Shown piece by piece: positions 57,911 through 64,000 of a stretch of DNA of 64,000 bases. Numbering within the stretch: the first letter of the stretch is position 1; each line of letters opens with the position of its first letter. Origin of the DNA: Chrysomallon squamiferum. Lineage: Eukaryota; Animalia; Mollusca. The notes under the pieces were generated by a model. The model saw only the letters and a list, made by a program, of their open reading frames with translations, had not been told where the DNA came from and did not search any database. The position numbers were made by a program, and so were the translations under genes. The DNA is taken from contig CM022671.1 of the NCBI GenBank assembly GCA_012295275.1, positions 19,902,001 through 19,966,000 on the forward strand, in the 5' to 3' direction.

Positions 57911-59927
57911 TAAATGCTTTAATAGGATTCTTTTTAAGGGTGAACTGCTAGATTTAACAATGTATACTATGTTATATAATGATATTAAGTATAAATTTAT
58001 TATTCTTTAAATCATTTGGGTTGTGTTTGTTTCATGTACATTAGTATAGATGAATACATTCAAATGAAGAAGTGCATTCCATTTTTATATGGTGCTACTG
58101 TTTTGATTTTTATTTCTGAAATTGTAATTTTTGTACATTTTTATTTAATTTGGTGTAATGACAGTGTAGTGAAAAACGATGATCAGTGATTAGTTGAGTT
58201 TATACTCAACAGAAGATATATATATATATATAGACTTACAACTTTGATCTTATTAAATAACTAAATATGTGATTTTGTAAGGCATTATGATTATTTTAGT
58301 TATTTGTTTTTTAATATATTCATATCCATTTACTGCGATTGACTCAGTCTTCCAGGAATAAAAAAAATAGTTCAGGTTTTGACAAAATCCTAATCAGTTT
58401 CTACAATATTAAAAAGGTTTTCTCTGCCTTTGTTTTCAGCAAATAAAATTAGTTTCAGTGTATAATTCTTTGCAGCTTTTATCTGTCAGTTTTTTTTTTT
58501 TTTTCCATATACATGTATTACTGATTCTGTAAGACTCCAGTATTCATACTATTTTATAATTAAAGCATATCATAATATTTTTCAGCATAACCTGAATTAT
58601 TACATCAATAAAACAATATAAAATATTATATGTCTTTGTGGTTTTATTTATTTGTAATAAAAACTAAATTCACAACAACTAAACAACAAAAAATAACAAA
58701 AAAAAAAAAAAAAAAAAAAAAGAAAAACAAAACAAGAACAAACCCTCGACACACACCCCAAAAATATGTTGTATGTAAAGTTCAAAACAACAAAATGGCC
58801 ATAGAAATTACTTTGAAATTTCTTTGCATTATAAATATATATTTACTTAGTAATTTCAATAGTAATTTATTATTGTTATTTTTATTAATAGTATTAAAAT
58901 GTTGGAGAGCCGATTGCTGTAATCTGTCAATGTTATTTTAAAGGTTATTTACTGTTTATAAAAACGTGTTTCTCTATGTGAAAAATCTGTTTCAGACTTT
59001 CCCACCTCTATCCTTATTAACGTTTAATGTTTATTCAAGTTTTACCTGCATAGGAAAAGCTAACAATACAAATATTTCTGTATGTATATAACCGTAAGAT
59101 GTAATATATTTGTTAAAAATATTGGGTAAGAACAATTTTTTTTCCGTTTTTTAAGTGATATTGAAAGACAAGATTTAGACATTTGAACAGATTTATTCAA
59201 TCATATTTTATGTGAAATTTTGTTCATCTTTCAGAATATGTATATATATTAAATATTTTAGTCGCATGTGAAACAAAACCACGTGTTCAAATATCACCTA
59301 TTGAACAATGCTAAGAACTTTGTCCAGCCCAGTTAATAAAACAACTTAACAAATAAACACAAATCATAACAAATTTTCTTATATAAATGAGGGGAGAAAA
59401 AACAAAGAAAAAGAATCATTAAAAAAAAAAAGCAGCACAGAAGTGCATTTTTAATTGACATGAAGGCGCAATATGTTAGTCCCTTTAGGCAAACTTTCTA
59501 CCGAAATTCCTAATTTGCTTCGTTTTAGTGTCTGCTAAAACATTTACAAAATTATGTTCAAACCGTGGTCTCAGTACAAACAATAATCATTATTATTTGT
59601 TCTTTGTAACAAGTTTTAACACGGTGCATGGCACATGGATGAGTTAACCACTGCCACACTTAAAACTGTACATTTGTACAGTGGTCGGCTATAATAATTG
59701 TGAGCAATAAGTAGATCTTTGGTATAAATACTAAAAGGCCTCTCTTTTCTGTTCATGTATCCATGCTTATTTTTATCCTTCCTATGTATCAAACAGCGTC
59801 AAGTCACTTTACGAATGAACTTCTGATGGAAATTTTTGTATGCATGATTTCTAGAATCCAAAAAATTTAATCCATTGTATTCATTTTTCTTCAAGCGAAC
59901 AGACACAGCGTTGTAAAAAGCTATTGG

Positions 59928-62900
59928 TTATAATATTTCACACAAACTACTTTTCATCGGCATTTGTCCAATGGACGGACTTGGTTTATTTACTGTAGGT
60001 TGCACTGCACGCACGGCCTGGACCACCGCCTTTGCAGCGCCGTCTATATCCCCAGAATGTGCAGCCATAGCAGCTTCAGCTGTGACCTTAGCAGCTGCTA
60101 CCTGAAAGTTAAAAAACAAACAAAAAAAAACACTGTTGCAATTTATCACATAGCCTACACGAAACTGTTTGTTAACTGTCATATTCAGTAACATAAAAGG
60201 TCCAAACTAATTAAATGATCTTGTTTATACAGATGTGCCATTATGTAATTTAAATCAGTATGAACACAGAATAGAGTAGATACTAGCTACGAGTAGAACC
60301 ACTAGGTACAATACCAGACTAGCTCGTCTTTAACCAATACGAAGGAAGTTGAATTACGTAGCCAAGGCTCACGTTTGAGAATAAAGTTTACTGTTTGATG
60401 ATCTTCGGAGCTCTTACGGAGTGATAGTAATACTATGTAAATAACTGTTAAAAGCAGCCGAACGTGTCGAAGTACGGAACAGATATAAAATATAATTAAC
60501 TAAATATTTCATTTACATTTAAAAGAAACAATAAACTTGTATGGAAACTGGTAGTTATATATTATTAACAACTTCCATTTCTGTGGGTTAGTATCAGAAG
60601 CTGTAAAATTTGTATGTATACCTGAGCTGCTGATACGGTCTCTTTTTTATAACAATTATTTTCACTCTCGGAAGATATAAACTCAGCAACTGCACTGGCC
60701 ATTATCGCAGCAACAAACCCCGCTGCAATTCTCGTAGCTTCTTTTATTTCCTCCTCCTCGTTTATCTCTCGAAAAACTACTACAGTTTTAGTCTCAGCAC
60801 TCGACGCTGGTGAAGTTATCGCAGATGACGTTGTTGGGTCTTTGGTCTCTGTCTTTGTCAGGTGTTGTTCACTGGATACTTTGTTCTTAACGTCGCTTTG
60901 GATATTTGTTATTGGTTTTGAGACAATGGCAGGTCTTTCCTCAAGTTTCCATTTTATTTCAGTGCCCTAGACATATATTAAAACTATTAAGTGTTTTGAG
61001 TGTAAGCAATGAAATTAAATGTATTGCAACATGTTAGATTATAAATATAGACATGTTTTAAATACAGCATATACACATATACAGAAATGTACTTACAAAT
61101 GTACAAACATATATTCATATATACGTACATATATATATATATATATATGTATATGTACATGCACTCATTCAAACACACAAACATACTTTGTGTTTCTTCT
61201 TCCTAAGTTTCAGCGAGGCCTTCAGACTTGTAAAAGGTAACGTAGATTTCTTAATGGCAGACGTCAGATTAACCAAGTTTGGAGTCTGATATTCGAGCAC
61301 TTGTTTTCTTCTACTGGACACAAAGAAAACCCAGTTTTCTACTGAACTAACATCTAGATCGTTTCCTAGCAAAATAGATTGATGACGTCAAACAAAAAAG
61401 GTCTAAAGTATATATATATATGTAAATATGCTTTTATTTTGTGAGTGTGGATGTTGCGCATTCTCTGGTTTTTATTACAGATATATATTATTGTTGTTGT
61501 TGTTGTTGCTGTCTTAGGTGTTTTACACTTGCAAGATAATATCTTTATAGATGAAAAGTATCTTTATATTCAACATTTATAATTAAATGTAAATATGTAG
61601 ACCTACATTTATTTGTATAATAATTTAATGCTTAAAACCCCTAAACGATACAAATAGGTATTACTAAGATTAATATACCTCTAAATGGAAAAAGTATATT
61701 CAAATCAAGTTCTTTTTCCACTTCACCATCTTTGAATACGAATCTTTTAGCGGCTTTCCACATAACTAAAGCTTTGATCACCGGAATAACAGGCTCATTT
61801 TCTATCTTCTCATCGCAGTAGAACTGCTGTCCTAGAGCCATCAAAACCTCCTAATAAACACAAGATGAAAAATAAGAAATTAAATAAAAATCGAATTTAC
61901 ATCTAAAAAAGATAACAAAATGCAAGTAAATAATTAATAAATAATATGATAAATAGACATAAATAAAGAAAGAAAGAAAAAAAAGAATGACAACATTAAA
62001 ACAGTGAAAGGCAAACCTGTATATATCCATTTGGATTCAAATAATTATGATTATTTATAACAAATGGAAAAATAGTGAATCTTGAATATGAAATCATCGT
62101 TATAATATTTAATTAGCATTACGAGATGAACCATTGCTACATAATAATTAAAATATACCGTTTGATTCATTGAACGTGATAAAATACTTACTTTAAAAAA
62201 CAAGCCGGGGCATTCCCTGTTAAAAAACTGGTAGGAAGCTTGAATGAATAAGCTCAGTGTAACCCATAGCAACTGTACAAACGTGTCTTCCTGTCCCGCC
62301 TCGTCAGCGTTTACACGACAACTGAGATTCAGATAATCTTCATTTTCCTCTACACAAATACACGCCTGAAGACACGTTAAGACAAATAGAAAAGTCAAAT
62401 AAACACGGCAGCCATGTGAAGTTATATTATCATTATCATATAGGAATGCTCTCTTCCGGGTAATTATATTAAATGAGTGAAATTTGGATAGTATAACTCA
62501 GTATATGATATCGTCTTTAACTAGAACAAAATTATTCATTTTCACTAAAATCATCAAGTATATTCAAGTAAAATTTTCTGATGTTACATTCTAGACAACA
62601 GTTGCTAAAAAGAAGATGGCGAACTTTGTAACTCAGTTTTAAATGATACTTAAAGGCTGTTTTAATAATAAATTGGCTTTAATAATAAAACAATTCTATT
62701 TTTATTATAATATAAGCAACTGAAAAATATATCAAAATTGCTTCATGATCTTTCTCTTTCTTTGTTTTGTTTGAATGTGATACCCTATATTCAAATGTGT
62801 ATGTGTGAGTTTGTATTTGTGATTTTTTGTGTCCGACTGTGCTCAGTACATTTACGTCTGTAGATGTTACACCGTATCGTTTAGCTAAGAAAGTGAAAGC

Positions 62901-63628
62901 TGTGAAAACCTACCTCTCCAAGCCTAAGAAGAACGCCGTATTTCCACAGATAACTATAAGAGTTAGATCGCCTTCCAACGAAGTGACAGTGAGCTAGAAA
63001 TCGCTTTGCAACATTCATTGGAAGACCCATGGGAAAAATAAACTGCCATGTTATCTGAATGTCGCCTTTGAAGGGCTTCACCGTCCAGTTGAGTTGCTAG
63101 AGTGAAAAAGACGAATGATAATGTGATATTTAATCAAATATAGAAATTATGAATTTTATTTGTAGTTCATAAAAAAGTGAATCACTGGTTGCATCTGAGA
63201 ATTATTGTAATAATGCTATCAAAATAATTTCAAAAATATTTTAACTGAAGACTTATATGTAAGAAATATTAAAGTCACATCCATCAGATATACTTAAACA
63301 GACAGCACACATTAATAATAAAAATGGTATTTGTCCCCGAACTATTTCTGACTGTGAAATTAAATAAGCTCAAACTAGAACTTAAGAACAAAATATCCGC
63401 CGCTCTCCCTATAAGTAAGCTAAAATAGGTAAAGTATTTTACGGGTCTGTTGTCTGGTAATAAGTCCATCAGCGTAGCACAGTGACATCTATGTACAGAC
63501 AGTCTGGTGTAGTTAGGTAACGCTAGGCCCTCACAGTTGTCTTTGCTGTTTATGTAGGGAACAAGAACTCCTAAACTACTGAGTAATTCCAGAGTGTTCA
63601 AAATCTGATCTTCGTCCAGACTTTGATT
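59928..63628 (-). CDS. 3' part (7 exons) of a ROCO-family-like protein with a COR-like domain (MFHAS1/LRRK-related) and a C-terminal CaaX box; 5' part lies outside the window
   Basis: Minus-strand exons 63628-63443, 63096-62914, 62365-62192, 61850-61679, 61365-61187, 60966-60622, 60101-59928, all GT-AG and phase-consistent. COR-like pattern: LELLSSLGVLV...LLPDNRP-QLNW...WQFIFPMGLPMNVAKRFLAHC...LWKYGVLL...ECPGL. Ends KSSLCEIL*. The gene model is well supported; the family call rests on motif pattern only. Confidence 0.65.
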
Positions 63629-64000
63629 CTGAAACAAAAATAACATTATATCAACGATTTAGTAAAAACCCAGCTAATTTATATTTATGTCCTATTAAAC
63701 TTCATGGCGTATTATCAACCAAACTCAATTAATTTTTGTTCGTGTCTTATTTAGTCATGCTAACTTTGATGACGTATTTAGTTTATCAGGTATGTTCAGT
63801 TAATTTCTATTCGTTTCCTGTTGTGTTATATATTCAGTTTATCAAATAAGTTTTTCTCTTAGACATATAATGTAAATAAACGAAATTACCACAAAAGACA
63901 AAAGAAAAATTATATGTACCACCTCTAAGTCCTATTTATTTTATTGCCATATTTTATTATTAGCAAAGGATGGAGTTAAGTATAGTACAATACAGTATAG

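Overview
AT-rich, intron-rich animal genomic DNA, probably a lophotrochozoan such as a mollusc (impression only, not tested), with a 200-N scaffold gap at 3122-3321. From left to right: (1) an inverted, frameshifted partial copy of the neighbouring IRAK gene (1-3121); (2) the last coding exon and 3' UTR of a USP4/USP15-type deubiquitinase; (3) a complete 11-exon IRAK1/Pelle-like kinase (+, about 1001 aa) with a death domain, a non-RD kinase with DLG in place of DFG, and a long C-terminal tail carrying an internal repeat, with two perfect NF-kB sites built into a fold-back repeat in its promoter; (4) a complete 14-exon DLD (-, 505 aa) head-to-head with (5) a complete 42-exon EEA1 (+, about 1572 aa) that has two N-terminal C2H2 zinc fingers and duplicated coiled-coil exons; (6) the 3' seven exons of a ROCO/COR-like gene (-) ending in an AKAP-like helix and a CaaX box. 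Two pogo/Tigger-type elements lie in introns. All exon boundaries were derived by hand from GT-AG sites and reading-phase continuity. Most of the short ORFs in the supplied track are intronic noise.
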